A DNA stretch of 64,000 nt from Hamiltosporidium tvaerminnensis FI-OER-3-3. Lineage: Eukaryota; Fungi; Microsporidia. The stretch spans positions 124,001 to 188,000 of the forward strand of contig CM061253.1 of the NCBI GenBank assembly GCA_022605425.2, read 5' to 3'. Numbering within the stretch: the stretch's first letter is position 1; every line of letters starts with the position of its first letter. Shown piece by piece: positions 1 to 14,895 of this stretch. The position numbers were made by a program, and so were the translations under genes. The notes beneath the pieces are model-generated. The model saw only the letters and a program-made list of their open reading frames with translations, ran no database searches and was not told the origin of the DNA.

Positions 1-340
1 TTATAATTGATATCAAGGATAATCTCGAATTTTTGTGAAAAGAGTCAGAAAAGTTACCTAGCTCCTTATTTCCACACTGATATTTCAATTATAGCAACCA
101 TAAATTTTTCTTTGTTCCATATAAAATGCTTGGCTGTTATACAGCGATTTAATTTTGTTTGATGCATTATTTTCGTTTGGCATGGCCTACGTGTTTCGAA
201 TTTTGTTTAATTTGCACTTCCGAGCTAATCTCTAAGCGCTATATGTATTTTTTAAGCATTGCAATCTTGAAAAGGTTACAAAAGCCTACTGTATATAGGT
301 TACATTTGAATATTTTTGAGTTTAGGTATCATGGTTTTGG

Positions 341-570
341 TTCCCCGACATTCCGGGTACAGAATTGGTTTGGAGTATTCTTTGCCTGTTCTAAGAGGCG
401 ATAAAAAGGTCTGTACTTCTGGCTGTAGGTTGGGAATAGGGCTAACAATCTATCTTCTAAACCCGCCATGTTACGAAACCAAAATAAACGAACTCACCGG
501 AAAGAGAGCAGTGAGCGGCATTACTGAGTGATACCAAGACTCTTACGGGGATGTAGTGTCGAGAATGAAT
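341..570 (+). mobile_element. RTE-derived non-autonomous retroposon (family A), copy 1
   Basis: Aligns end to end with 14654-14895 and 28621-28847(-). Ends in GAATGAAT. Flanked by direct repeat ATGGTTTTGG (331-340, 576-585), a likely TSD. Confidence 0.8.
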
Positions 571-2399
571 ACTTTATGGTTTTGGATTGACTGTTATAAA
601 AACCAGATAGATAGAAGAAAAAAATAGATACAAGTATCTTTTTACATATCTATTTTACATTATATGTAAAAATCACATTATTTAGATAATCGATATATCG
701 TTTTGCAGATACAGTATACTTCTGTATATTTTTCTTTTAATGGTATGGTTTATAGACGCGACCTAGGCTTGGGCTTTCAAATGGAAATCACTTCCTAAAT
801 TATTTACTAGTTGGGTGCAAAACGTCCCAAAAACTCCATTACATACATTCAGTCGTAGGCAAATTGGTTCATATTCAAAATGTTAAGGCGAAAAACGGCT
901 AATTATAGTGAATATTTCATGGACTGCAAAGTCGTTTTAGTTATTTTAAAGATGCATATATAGGTTGTGTGTATGCTAATTACATGAAATACTTACAATC
1001 TTGTTGTTTTGATCAGTAAAAATCCAATTATTTATACATACTAATCATACTTTGGGGATGTTTTAAAGTGAAATAGCTGATTTATTTTTCTTAAAAACAT
1101 ATTTATGACTTATGTTGTAGCATATCACTTTATGCCTGTCAAATGAAAGCTATAGTATTCTGGCCTAATTCAGGCCATTACTTAATTACTTAAAAATATC
1201 AAAATCGTGAAAAGTTTAAATATTAAGCTTACTTTAAGTCGGGTAAAACAAGAAAGATATTCTCGTATAAATTAAACTGTAACAAGAAAGATCATCTCCG
1301 AAGAAATCAAGTATTTTTTTTATTTTGCTCAAGCGATTTCTCTTATCTTTTTTGAGTACGATTGGATATCAAGGGTTTGAAAAACATGTACAAAAATTCT
1401 TTTTAGAATTTACGATCCTTAGCATTAAATGTTACTATAAATTTATTTATACAACTGAAATGAAAATTTATACAAAAATAGTTCGTAAAATAACAAGTAA
1501 ATTTTTACACTTATATTTTACTTGCAGCTTGTGGGTGATTGGTTAAAAGCTTTTTTACTTACTTAAAAAATATTATCACTACATGATCAAAGACCGAAAA
1601 ACGATTTTATATCGAATGTGTAATTTTATTCCGCATTATTTCTATGTGATAATATTTTTGATTGTATAGTAAAAAGAATGCTAAGTAGAGTGGGATAGGG
1701 AATTGAACCAAAATACATAAGACCCAATGGTATGACCTTACCAGAATATTGCAGAATAGTTTTTCAATCAAAATGAAAAGGTAATACAAAAAACCAATAA
1801 ACACGCGGATACGTAATGGCGTCGATATTATATAATGACTTTCTATGATTTTTTGGCGGACAAAATTAGCTAGCATTTAAAGTAAATATTAAAAATTATA
1901 CCTACAAATATTCTTTATATTTTATTTAAATTGGAGAACAATAGATAAAATTGTTTCACTACTATTTATCTTAAAATATAATTTATTAGGCAGTAAAAAG
2001 TATGTTTGCAAAAAAATAATTAATTAAAGTAGAAATACCAGTGAGATAAATAAGAGAAAAATATGCATATTTCAATATATGAAGTATTGCTCATTATGAA
2101 CCGCTACTAATTTCTGATGCATATAGAATTTCGTAAAACCAAGCGAAATTTGTTTTAGCATACAAATTTTAGTTTAATACTCTAGCATAGTTTCATAGAC
2201 GACTTTTCTTTTATTGAAGATTTTATATGCGAATTATCTTTTAAAATACCAACCTATGTATTTATTATTTTGCAAAAGTAACAGTTAAACTTAATTAATC
2301 AATATTTGAATGCTTAAAGTTAGATATGCCAGAAGGGCACGAATTTATTTGGAAGTATATAAAGATTCCTACAAACGGTCAGTTTGCCTTACAATGATT

Positions 2400-2900
2400 T
2401 AAATCATCGAAGCTGAAATTGATCGTAAAAATTTATTGGCATAAGTAAAATAGTAATTGGTTTGTGAATGCTGAAGAAAACAATGAAGGCTGATAATAAT
2501 GATTCTTTTAAGCTTAACGTGTCTTTTCATGAATATTATTTGCCTAACCAACCCTAAATAAGTCTTAGAAAAAGTATTCTATTTAAAAGAACACATGAAA
2601 AATAAAATATGAAATTTAGACGAAGTTTGCAGGTTTCACAATAAGTTCTTATATAGAAGTGTTAGATTCAAAGAAAACAAAAACCAAGTAATTTAATTAT
2701 CTCTAAAAATTACTTTATTCCGTATGACACATTTATTATAATAATTATTTAGATATTTTATCATAGAATGTATTGTAAAAGAAGCTTGGATATTATCGGA
2801 TATAAACATATTGAATAAGATCGGAAAATTTTGTAGGAAGGAATTCTCTAAAAAGGCACATAACTATAGGAATGATGTTTTCCGTTACCAAATTCGAGGA
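2400..2900 (+). mobile_element. Possible heavily eroded ISXO2/Merlin-like transposase relic
   Basis: Broken frames read IIEAEIDR/KFIGISK (cf. VEIDESKFGKRK) and KLGYY...SENFVG...AH (cf. LGYxHxxVNHSxxFVxxxxGxHT). Many stops; by-eye match only. Confidence 0.25.
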
Positions 2901-5900
2901 AATGGTACAATTTTACCTAAGATTAAATAATTAAATTTATTTTTTCATGGGTCTAATTTAAGAAAATAGTTTGGTTAAGATCATGTGACCCAAGAACCTA
3001 CGATTGTTGTGAAAATAAATTCAGAAAGGCGAATTATAGAACAAACTTTCTTTATCATTTAATTATGAATTATCTAAAACTAATAGACCAGAAACATGTT
3101 AATTATACTATAAATTTAGGTTTTGATCCAAGATGAGAAAGAATAATGGCTTAGTAAATATGTAAGTAATTCGTTTTTTTAATAAGATACAACTTAATTA
3201 TGCTTTTTTTTAGAATCGGTAATATATCATAAAATTTTTTCATGACTGAAAATTCTAAACTCATCGTTTTAATTTTTTTTATCAAATAGATCACAAAATT
3301 TTGCAAAACTCTTTATGAGATTTTAAAAGTTGTTTTTAAAAAAAGTAGGCTAGCTACTTTATTTACTGGGAGCTTAAACATTTGACCTTAATATTATGAC
3401 ACTTAAGGTTCGAGGGCGGACCGATCATCTGAAATTCGCACCGCTATAATTTAAAAGATGAAGGTATAAACAAAGTCTTTTAGATGAAATAAAGACAAAG
3501 GTTTTTTAAAAATACCTAAACGAGCCGGTAGAGCCTTTACATGGATTAAAACGAAAGTATTTAAAATTATTTCTCCATAATGAACATCAAATAATCTTTG
3601 TATTAAATAAGTATGTCAGAATGTCTATGAATTCACTGAGTCTAGTTAGTTGATAAATCTCAAAAAAACAAAGTTTTTTGATTGAATTTCAGAAAAATAT
3701 TTAGGCAAAAATACAAGGATAGAAAATCGAAATATATAAGGTCTGCTATATGAGTAGCAATAGCTTGTTCGTTACTTCTGCGGGAAAGCCCTCGAACTCT
3801 ATATTTAATCTATGTATGGGTACATTGAGCCGATATCTTAAGAAAATACACGAAGCTACAATATGTGTGAATTGGTCCGCATATTTATTGGAACCCATAT
3901 TTTTATGCTAACATGCTCTTTTCAGTTAAGTTGCAATTGATTTTATCTTTTAAAAGATAGTTTAAGGAACTCCAAAGTGTTGTGTAGTTTCAATTCAAAA
4001 AATAGTCGCCACAAATAGCACATTTTGCAAATGTTCTGGCCGTTTTTAAAAACAGTTAGTTCTACAAACAACTTTATAAAAAGAGAAGGTTGCACTCCGA
4101 GATTTTTACTTTGAAGGGATATAAATGAAACAAATGTAAAGAATTTAAAGACGATATGACCAGCAACTAAATGCAAAAATTTATTTTGAACGGTTATCCA
4201 CATATGATGTGTAAATTAGATTATCTAGGAGTAATTCAACTTAATTAGTCGTCGATACACAGAATAGGTAATATAGTACCATAATGGTGACAAAATAAGC
4301 TATATAAGACAAAAACCCAAAACAAGCATATATCATTAATACCCGAACCGAAAAGATGCTTTTAATGGGAGATTGACAATGCCATTATATCTGTTTCCAG
4401 TCGCAGGCTATCGGAAAGGTAGTGGTACTTTAAGCAGTGAACAAGAAATTAGAAAGTGGATACCAGTGACAACACTGTTATTACACATTTTAAAGGCATA
4501 TGTTTTTAAAAATAAAAGATAACCGGTGGTAACACTCAAAACCGTAGGAAAAGAAAATTATAAATGCTCTAGGTAATAAGCATGAGCGCATTAAGGTCAC
4601 AAAAAATGATTTCTTAAAGAAAACAACAAGCCTGCGAAAGGCATAAGCTTTGTTTTATCATGGTTACAAATGAAATTATGAGAACTGAAATTTATTTTAA
4701 CCCGTAAATACAGGAAACATATTAAATTATACAAAGGACTCAAAAATTCTGATAAATAATCATTTACACGCTATTATGAGTAGTTGAGTATTTCATACAA
4801 TTCTCATAAATAATTACAATTTAAACATAGAAAATATATCGTGATGAGCATTTCAAAAAAATGTTAAAATTAGATCGTAAAATAAAAGTTGTTACCAGAA
4901 ACAAATCCAATTTCGAACCGAGAATAATAGACTGGATATATTGATTCAGAATAGTAGAAAACAATTATAAGACACTACTTGGGTTTTAAATTACTTTAAA
5001 TCATTCTTTTGGTATTCTCAAGGTTTTAAATTTCAGCAAGGGTTCTTCTTGGCTAATTATAGTAGTCTTGTTATAATTTTAGGGGGTATTTACCCCTTGG
5101 GAGATAAGTTGGAACGATATTGTTTGAAAGATCATAATATTTATCATATGCGCTTATATTAACATAAGAATAAAGGCATATATACAATCTATAGTACTTT
5201 TCTAAATTCTATAGACTATTTTTTTTAACCAAGAACCTAAAGAAAAATAAAGTGGATAGAAGCTGACAAAAAGGCATCATTTTTTATTAAAAAAACCATG
5301 AAAACCAACTAACTTAGGTCTCTTTTGGCAACAATAATTACGGTGGAAGAGGATGTAAACTACTAAAGATAAAAAAAATCGAAATTTTACTATTTTTGAG
5401 AGAAATGTCACAAAAATCATGTAAAAATCTCAGACTCAATTCAAATATGTGAGAGTGTAATAAAGCTTCAAAATTTGTTGATTTAATCTAATAAAATACA
5501 ATAGAACACAACTTACCCAACAAAAAAATAACTTTTAACGCCGTATCTCTTCTTGCCGACAAAGATAAATTTGAAAATAAAATCAAAATTCAAAAATTTT
5601 AATATTACTTGTTATTTCCCTTTCGTTCAAATAATTTAAAAAGATTTTACATGCTATTCATGAATATAGAAAAAAAATATACTCAAAATGAACGAAAAAA
5701 ATATATTCGGAATTTATAAACATATTTTTTTTGCAAAAGAAATTAAAAGCTACAAAAATCTGCAATTTAAAATAATCTTTTTGCTCCATAGCCATATTTT
5801 ATAACCTTTGATCAATTTTATGTGTATCTAGGCGTTTTAAACACATGTTTTTTGTATTATAGATCCAATTTATGTCTTAAAATACATTTAATTTGAAATT

Positions 5901-8765
5901 CAGTGAATATTTAGTACGATACATAGAAATATTGGATAAAATATTTTGATTTCTAGCAGAAAAGTAGAATATATCTTACGTTCACAATTACCATTTGGGA
6001 TCTATAATAACGGCCAATTACTTCAATAAAGCCTAGGTGAATATTAAAAAATGTAATTAAGCGGGAGACATGACATTGACTGCGAAGCATGAATAGTCCC
6101 AAATTTGAAATCTTATTTATGAAAATTCACCTATTATGTACTTTAATGAGCCCAAATAATTAGATTTTCGTTCAAGAGAGTATTAATATCAATTAGAATC
6201 AACTCTTTATTATATTATTTTAGAAAATAACTATAATATAAAAAAAAAAGAACTCAAAAATAATTTTGGCTAGCAAAAACTCTATAAAGAAAAAGCTTTA
6301 CAATCGTAAACATCTTGAAGTGCGAGTCATACAATAGACAGTCCGATAATGATTGTGAATTAGTCGTTGAGAATTGTGGTAGACACACCTTGCCGAATTT
6401 ATGTATATTTATCAAGCGTGAAAATATATCGTGGCATCGTAAATTTAATTGAAAATAGAAAAAACATAATTTTCTCAAATCTATTAAAATGTCTTGATTA
6501 TTCAAATCGACCATAAAATATACAAAAAGCGTAAAACATTCTTAGAGAAACCTTGAATAGAAATAATAGAAAAAAAATATTCAAATTGATTTATCATTAA
6601 GGTATAATATTGTGATTAAAGATATTTTATTCATACCTAGCGTCTAAAAAATGTTTTTACTGTATTTTTAATTATCAAGAAAAGTTTATATGAATTGCAA
6701 CTTAAACAAACAAAATTAAAATACATCTATTCGATTTAAGAGAGAATAAATAATATAATCTACCATTTTATAAACTATAACTATCTGAAATATACCATAA
6801 TATGCAGGAAATATGACTTTAAATAGAAGACATATGACACAAACATTTTAATAGGAAATCATAAATGCATAATAATTGTAAGAAAAACTAGAAAAACGTA
6901 GAAAATAACCGAATAAAACCTCGGATTCAAAACATTAATCTACAATTTTCACATTCAAATATCATTCTTTTAAAGACTGAAAATGATAAAAAATATCTAC
7001 CATGTTTATGATAGATATTTATAATTCGAATTTAAGTTTCAAGCTATGCAATATATTTTGAAGGAAAAATGGATTTCAAAACATTTTTTGGGTCAAAAGA
7101 CCAAATCTTTGAAGAAAAATTTAATAAATAATTCAAGAGCTAAACATTTTTAAGATATTACATTTTATATATAATGTTTGGTACTATTTTTTAAAATATC
7201 AATAAATATCAAACCTACAAACTTTTTTGTGCCATAACATAAATATATTCTCTAATACAGCCTGTATAACTATTTGCACTAAAAAAACATTTGCTAAAAT
7301 AAAAAAAAATCCAAAAACCGATCAAAATAATCTATATTATTACATCTTTTCATATATTTGTAAAATATAAATATAACAACCCAATAATAAAGCAAGAAAA
7401 GTGTGATTAAAACATTTTTAAACACTGAAGTGGCGGATAAAAGCATTAAAAGGGTATTCTGAAGGAAAGCATGAACATATATTTAAATTCCAGGTTAAAA
7501 TACGAACTATTATGTCGATTCCATGTTGAAATTCTAGATTGAAATTACATAGGTTGCTATCTATATTACAGTTTTGGTTATGAGATCTTTGCATTAACGC
7601 CTGTTGGTTGTGAGAAGAAGTATTAGAAGATACGCCGTTGTTTGTAAAAATATATTGAGCGAAGATGTATCGATCTGTTGTTTGATTTCTGATTGATTCC
7701 ATTCTATAGCTTTCATTCGACCTTGGAACATTTAAGATCGTATTTTTATTCATAATCAAAAGCTTTTTTAAATTATATAAGTTAAGCCCAAAAAGTTTAA
7801 CTTTAATCTACTTGATAAGAATTAATATTTTTTATGATTGCAATATAATTTAGAATTTAAAAAGCGATCTATTTTTTAAAAATTATTGCTGAATGGTTTG
7901 TAATTATTAATTCAAAAAAGATTTTAACTTCATTTATAATTATAAATTTTACTAGAAAAAATCAACAATATATACACATTATTTGTTATATTTTTTTGAT
8001 GAAAAAATATTTTCTGTTAAACTTAATTAAATTAATTTTCGATTGATCCTTAAATTATACAATAAAAATTCTAGTTTTCGATTTCACGATGCTCATAATC
8101 AAATAGTTTTTTATTATAAAAATGTAATTTTTATAAAATCGACAAAAATTTCTTTTAAATTTTTTTGAAACAATATTTATCATAATTCTATTATTCTTTA
8201 GAACAATTATTAAATTAAAATTATTTTGAATGCAGTCTTCAATTTTATTGTGTCTTTTTTCGATTTAGAGAACCTCTTTTTTTTTCGAAACGTTGTCTTC
8301 TTCAATCCCTGGTTCAATTTTCTCATTTATACTTTGTTTATTGTTGTTGCGTTCGAAAAATAGATGGTATAACTCATTTTCTTTATTTTTTAGTATTTTC
8401 CTTCTATTTGCTCATATTATAGAAGTTTATGGCTTTAATGCCACACGCCGTTTTTTTAAATTTAAAGAGAGGTTATGTTCTAACTATAATAAAAAAAATT
8501 ACGCAAATGAGTTAGCTTGGTCTATCACAAGAAAAATTACTCTCTTTATTAGCATAATTGACAAACGTAAGCTTTGGATCTTGATTAGTCACGGCTTTTG
8601 TGATCCATATTAAATTATTTTTTAATTTAACATACCTTTTATAACATATAGTGTTTCCTTCCGCCATATTTAATTAATATTATTAATTAATAAATAAAAA
8701 CTGATATATCTTTTCAGTAATTAACTTATTAATTACATGCACCCATATACATTCAAACATAAAAA

Positions 8766-11115
8766 ATGTCTTACTGCAATTCCTTTTCCCTTATATTTTA
8801 TCTTTTTACTACATGTGTGCTGATAGCTTCTCTTACAAGCGTATCATTATATATTATAAACGAAGAGAACAGTATTTCAAATCTAATAGAAAGCGCTCAT
8901 ACTATTGAAAATATGTTTATTAATGAAAATATAGAATATTTCAATAAGAATAATAAAATTACATTGTTTCAAAACAACATATTATCTCATGAACGTAAGT
9001 TTGGAACAACAAAATATTATAATCCAGATATTATAGCACTGCCATACACGAAAAATATGCTACTCAATTCTACACTTTTAAAATCCTTATTTGATAGAGA
9101 AAAAACAACTTTTAGAGTGTTTATAAAAAATATTTCAAGCTCAAATTTTCTTCTTTTTCTTGAATTGGTAAAGAAATCGAATATTCTTACTAATCAAATA
9201 ACGATTAAGCTTTTCTGGAAATCTTAAGAATTATTACTATATTAGATATTAAAAAATCTAAGCAGAGAGATCTATTTATTAAAGAATTTCTAAGAAGTCT
9301 TGTATATGGTCTGAATACATTGTCTTTTGGTTTTGATTTCAATGAAAGTTATTATAATTATCTTATCCATGATACAAAGCGATCATTATCGAGAGATTTA
9401 TTTGTATTTTTCATGGAATCAGTTTATTTTAAAGAAAACAGGACCAAGCACTATCTTGTTTTAAAAGAAAATAAGATAACATGTTTCAAAATTGAACGTT
9501 CTGTTTTTTATCAGGAAAAAAACAAAGTGCTTCAAAGAAATAAAATTTGTTTACGATTAAATGATTTTAACGCAAAAAAATTATCGAAGTTGATGACCTC
9601 ATATCTTCTACGTAATATTTGGGTTTTTTTACTTAAAATTACACGAATAGATTTTATTTACTTTGCATTTGCATTAGAAGAAACACTTAAAAGTATTTTT
9701 GAAATTTTTTCTGGTGCAAAGCTTCCTTCGGAAATATTTTATATTCATTCAATAAAAAATGCGACAAAACTACTTTTAAAAATGAAAATCATATATTTTT
9801 AAAAAACTTAAAAGTTTTGAAGTTTTTATTTGATTTCACCTTGGTGGAATTAAAAGAGATATTGGTGTCTTACAAAAACATGGTAAAAATTTCAATAAAA
9901 ACACGTAAGATCGATTTTAATACTTTGCGATTTTTAATAGATTTCTGTTCTGAGAATTTAAATACATTATAAACTTGTTTCATCAGACTATATTTATGAT
10001 AATAGTGATCCGGGTATATTGAAATGTATGCCAAATAACATTTTGTGTTTTCCTATGTATTGCAAAATTGATGGATATTTAATAGGCAATCCTCTAAACC
10101 AAACTCTATTTATAAGTGCTAATAATAGGTATTTATACGGAGAATTTCTTAGATATTGTTACGATATATTCCGTTTTTTATGTATGAATAGTAAAAAAAT
10201 TAAGATTTATATGCTCGAGTCATTATATCCACAAAAACTTGATAGCCAAGTTTATGTTGCTTTAAGATATTGTAAAATTTTAAAGCATATATATTTTGAA
10301 AATATAATAGTATCTAATGAGTTACTGATATATATTTTATAAACAACTTCATTATTTTCCATCAAAATAAAGAATTTCGAGTGTTCTTACAACGAAAAAT
10401 TATTTGATAGAATTTATACTTTAAATTTCAATCTAGAGGCTTTAATTCTTTCTAATTCTAAAGTTTGTATCAAATCGAGACTTTTAAGTTATTTGTCAAA
10501 GTTAAAATGTGTTTCTAAATATAAAATTGAAAAGACACATTTTAATTATAAAAAATTGGCTTCGAGAAAGCCGTATTACAACCTTCTTGATTTTTTTAGT
10601 AAAAATATGACCGAAAAGATATTTTTAAAACATTTGAATTTAGAATCATCGTATATGAATGATCAAATGCAAAACTTTCTTTATTTTTTTCTGACATTTA
10701 TGATTTTTCAAGACTTAACTCGATATTTTTAATTTTCTATCGATTTACAGAAATCGATTATACATTTTTCCCAAAAATGAACAAACTAAAAGTTGTTGAT
10801 ATAAATTTTTACGGCTTAACAGAAAGAATAGCTTTTAAAAAAGTTTTCGAGAATTCTAATTTATTCGATACAGTAATTTCTTTAACGATACATCTTACTA
10901 AAATTACGCCTGAGGACATCGATCTTTTGGGATCTTAAAAAAATTTATTAAGTTTTTCTATTGCTTTAGATACAATTGATTATAAAATTGTTCAAAACAT
11001 TCGTAGAAAAAACTTTAAGAATACGGAATTCGTCTTAATGAAACCAATTCGAAGTGAAAGATCAAATGAAGTTAATGCATACCTAGATTCCGAATTTATA
11101 TATAATTTCCCTTAA
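8766..11115 (+). pseudogene. Disrupted member of a lineage-specific, putatively secreted (LRR-like) protein family
   Basis: ORF fragments 8766-9227, 9320-9802, 10019-10342 and 10493-10732 are collinear with the open paralogue at 62082 (INEENSISNL/VNEENRISNL; KYYNPDIIALPY/KYYIPKIVTIPY; YLLRNIWVFLLKI/YLMRTWIFLLKI; FENIIVSNELLIYIL*/LENIIISDELLLYVLE). Has frameshifts and an in-frame TAA at 10340 where the paralogue has GAA. Hydrophobic N-terminus; stop at 11113-11115 followed by AATAAA. Confidence 0.75.
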
Positions 11116-14100
11116 ATAAATAATTTCTTATGCTTTAAATATTTCTAGTATATTTTAAATTTAAACAAGATGAATATCGGTATCTATTTTTGGCTTAAAT
11201 ACCATGTTTTTATTTCTGAAAATTTAACATCAATTGAAATCGAACAAATATTTATTAATCATAATGAACTTTAATTTTAATTATAGTTTCAAAATAAAGA
11301 AAAATTTAAACTGTTTAAATTTTGACAAAAACAATGTGTGAATGTTTTTTTTACAAAAAATAGAAATATAAAAAATATGTTTTTATATAACAGGTTTTAT
11401 ATTAGAAATTTCGATGCTTTTCTGGCATTTTATGAGACAAAATATGGAAAACAATTCCATTTAAAAGTTACTATTCTTAGTCTCTCATTTCTAATTTTAG
11501 AATAAAATTAATGTTATATCGATATTTGTCTTTAAATTTTTCTATCGAATATTTTAGGATATTTTGAAGGTGCTGAATTTACTGTTATGTTATAAATTAG
11601 AATAATTTAAATAAACGAAAATAAAACGATTCTTAAAGCTATAAAATCATAATTTTTTTTGAAGATAATCTTTCGCCCTAAAAAAATAAGGCAAATGTAT
11701 AATTCGAAATAATAAAACCTGACCAAAAATGCCAAAGATTTTTGTTTTTTTATTTATAATATGATCAATCGAAAAACCTTTATCGAATAGCATAGTTAGC
11801 GCTTTTATTTGTTTAAAGCAGTGAAACTTTACTCAATTCAAATGGCCTGTATATAGGCTTATTAATTTGAATGACACATAAAGGTTCTAAAAGCTTAATT
11901 TTTTTGTAATATTGGCTAGCACGAATTTTTATGGCTTTTCTTAGAATTATTTCCCGAGTTATGACATAAATACACAAGAGAAAATCGCATTGAAAATTTT
12001 AGCGATAGAATATGAGAATTGCAGTTAAAGAAAATTTAAAATTTCGTATTTCAAAACCTGCGAGTAAAAAATTAATTAAAAATCATGTAAATTTAAAATT
12101 TATTACTTAGAAACGACTACCTGATCACTTTTTCATTTGAAATTCAGAAATTATGTAAAATAAAAAAATATGAAGAGGTTAAAAAACGTTCTCCCAAAAA
12201 AAGTAATTTATATTTCAAGAAATGCATTTTTTTTTTATGCAGTAAATAGCTCAAAAAAATTCTAACAGTTATGATTAAATAAAATTATTCATCTACAGAA
12301 CTTCGATATTTAAAATGTTTAGATTGTTATAAAAATAGTATATTTTTAACAAATAGTTAAGGTCATTTTAGAAAATATTTCTTATATAGAACAAAAATAT
12401 TGAACTTACAGAAGTATAATCAAAAGAAATTGAACCCATCGATTTAATATTTAGTATGGTATCAAAGAGCAAATAGAACGGCAAAAACCCGTTGTTTCAT
12501 CGCGATAAAAAGTGTCTGCACTGCTACAATAACACATCCTTCTAAATTTCGATTGGATTTTACTTGGCTTCATTCATATATTTAGAAGTAAATAAGGCAT
12601 TTTTTTTTCATATAATTCCAAAAATGTTCTTTGGATTAAAATTTAGAGACCGGGAAGACCAAGGAAGTATTATGATTTCCTTTATTTCAAAATATCATTG
12701 ACACCTTTAATGTTTACTTATGATGATTATCTTTCGTAAGAATACAATCGTAAATTATATTTCTAGCAGACGATTCTGAATGCTCGAAAGAATACTCAAA
12801 TATTTAAACTGGTCTATAATGAGATCAATAAATACCGAATTCCCAACGCCGGTTTTTTACATGCATCTTAAGACCATAATATTTTTACCTTCAGAATTAC
12901 TTCTGGTGTCAAATATTATGGAATTGAGTGTTCACCTTGCTCCTATGAAAAATAAACATTAGCATCTTAATTAAAGGATCTGAGCTTGCATTAATCACGA
13001 AATATTACACTTAAAACGTTCAGGCGAAGTATATAAATTCATACTTAAATTTCAAATCTAGAAACTATATTTTTTGGTTAAAAAAGTTATCGAGCAGCGG
13101 GACAGTCATATCTACTAACATTTCTTGGATAATCTATTATAGTCTAGAAAGTACAATTTGCATTACATAATAATGCATCTAGCTTCTTGGTAATTTCTGG
13201 TTGGCTAAATACAGAATTTTCTTTTCTAAAATTTAAAATTACATTGAATATTCTAATATATATAGGGAGGCCGTCAAGATTCATGTTTTCAATTTGTATC
13301 TCCTCATTTATATATTTCTGTAATGTTTCATGAGTCGTAGACCTAGAAAAAATAGCAGTTAGGATTGTTTTCTTATTATATATCTTTAAATATGACATCA
13401 GTGAAGCATCTTTCTCTCCGGCTGATTTAATAAACTGATTTGGGGTATTTTTAAACTCAAAATACTTAATTTAATAATAATTGACGCAAATATTTATAGA
13501 AATTTTAAGTGGTTAGGGTTTTTTTGAATTTCAGCACGCTATATAATAAAATATAAAATTCTGATTATAATAGAATTCTTCCATGGAAATAAAAATGTAA
13601 AATATTATAACTCATTTTTTACTATAAAAAAATTTAAATTTTCTATTTAATAAATAAAACTAGTGACATTGGTATGTATGGATTTTTTATTGACTAACTG
13701 GTGGGTTTATGCTTAAGTTTAGATTTTAATTCATTGATTGCATCTATACACAAAATTGTAAAGATTAAAAATAGAAAAAATTCGGAGCAAGATAAAATAT
13801 ATCCAAGTACATCATATTTAGAAAGAGTGGTGTTACGCAAAAAATGGAATATTCGAGGCCAAATACTCAACCGCTTTTTCGTAAAAATATAAACCCAAAA
13901 AAAATATTGGTATGGAAAACATTTAGACAAGACACTATTATGGTATATTGTTTAAGATAATATGAAGCCGTCGGAAAACTTGCTATTATTTTCAAACTTT
14001 AGATACCTAGATATACTCTCAGTTTATTAAAATTGTTTTTGAGATCTTTCACAATAATAATCATAATTCAAATTTGGTTTTTACGGTGTAGGATCTTGCC

Positions 14101-14653
14101 ATATAGCACGACATTGAAGAAATTTTTTAAGAAAATCGAGGAATTACTTGAATGACTGGCTTAACACCCCATCTCTTAAACCACTTTAAAATATACATTC
14201 TTTAATTAAATGAATAGTTAAAAAAATAAAATAAAGAACAAAACATATTTAATTTAAAATACAAGTTTATTTGAGTAAATATTTTTTACATATAATCGGG
14301 AATCCTTTAAGTATTAAGAATGAAAATAGTATGGATTTATAAAGACATCAAGAAATTGATATTAACATTTAAATATATATTTGCATATGTTTGGCCTAAA
14401 ATTGTGCTTTTTTTAATAAAATGCAACAAATAACTGAATTAGATCCGCATCTGAGATTTTACTTACATTTAATACGAGCAAAACTATATAAATAAAAATT
14501 ATGATAGTTGTTCAACTCAAATTTATAAAAACAAAAATCAATTTAATATTATTTAAACATTTTCTTCGGAGCTGGACATACACTTAAGATTATTTTATAA
14601 TATATATTTCTGAGTTATGTACAGTGAAATATTTAAAAATCTATATAATCATG

Positions 14654-14895
14654 TTCCCCAGCATGCCGGGAGCAGAATTGGCTTGGAGTATTCTCTGCTT
14701 TGAAAGAGGCAATTAAAAAGGACTTATCCTTCAGGTTGGAGTTAGACCTAGGGCTAACAGTAACCCGCTCTTTAAACCCACCCAGTTACGATACTCAAAA
14801 AAGTAAAAAAACCTACTGGAAAGAGAACATGGGCGGTATTACTGACGGAGGCCAAAGCTCATGTGAACTTTAGTGCCGAAGATGAATGAATGAAT
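14654..14895 (+). mobile_element. RTE-derived non-autonomous retroposon (family A), copy 2
   Basis: Same head, body and tail as the other copies; (GAAT)3 tail; degenerate TSD TATAATCATG / TACAAACATG. Confidence 0.8.

Noticed and set aside
13144-13398. Short ORFs here and at 6254-6514, 7418-7759 and 25794-25985 as genes
   Set aside because: No recognisable domain. They could be decayed gene fragments but cannot be supported from the sequence alone.
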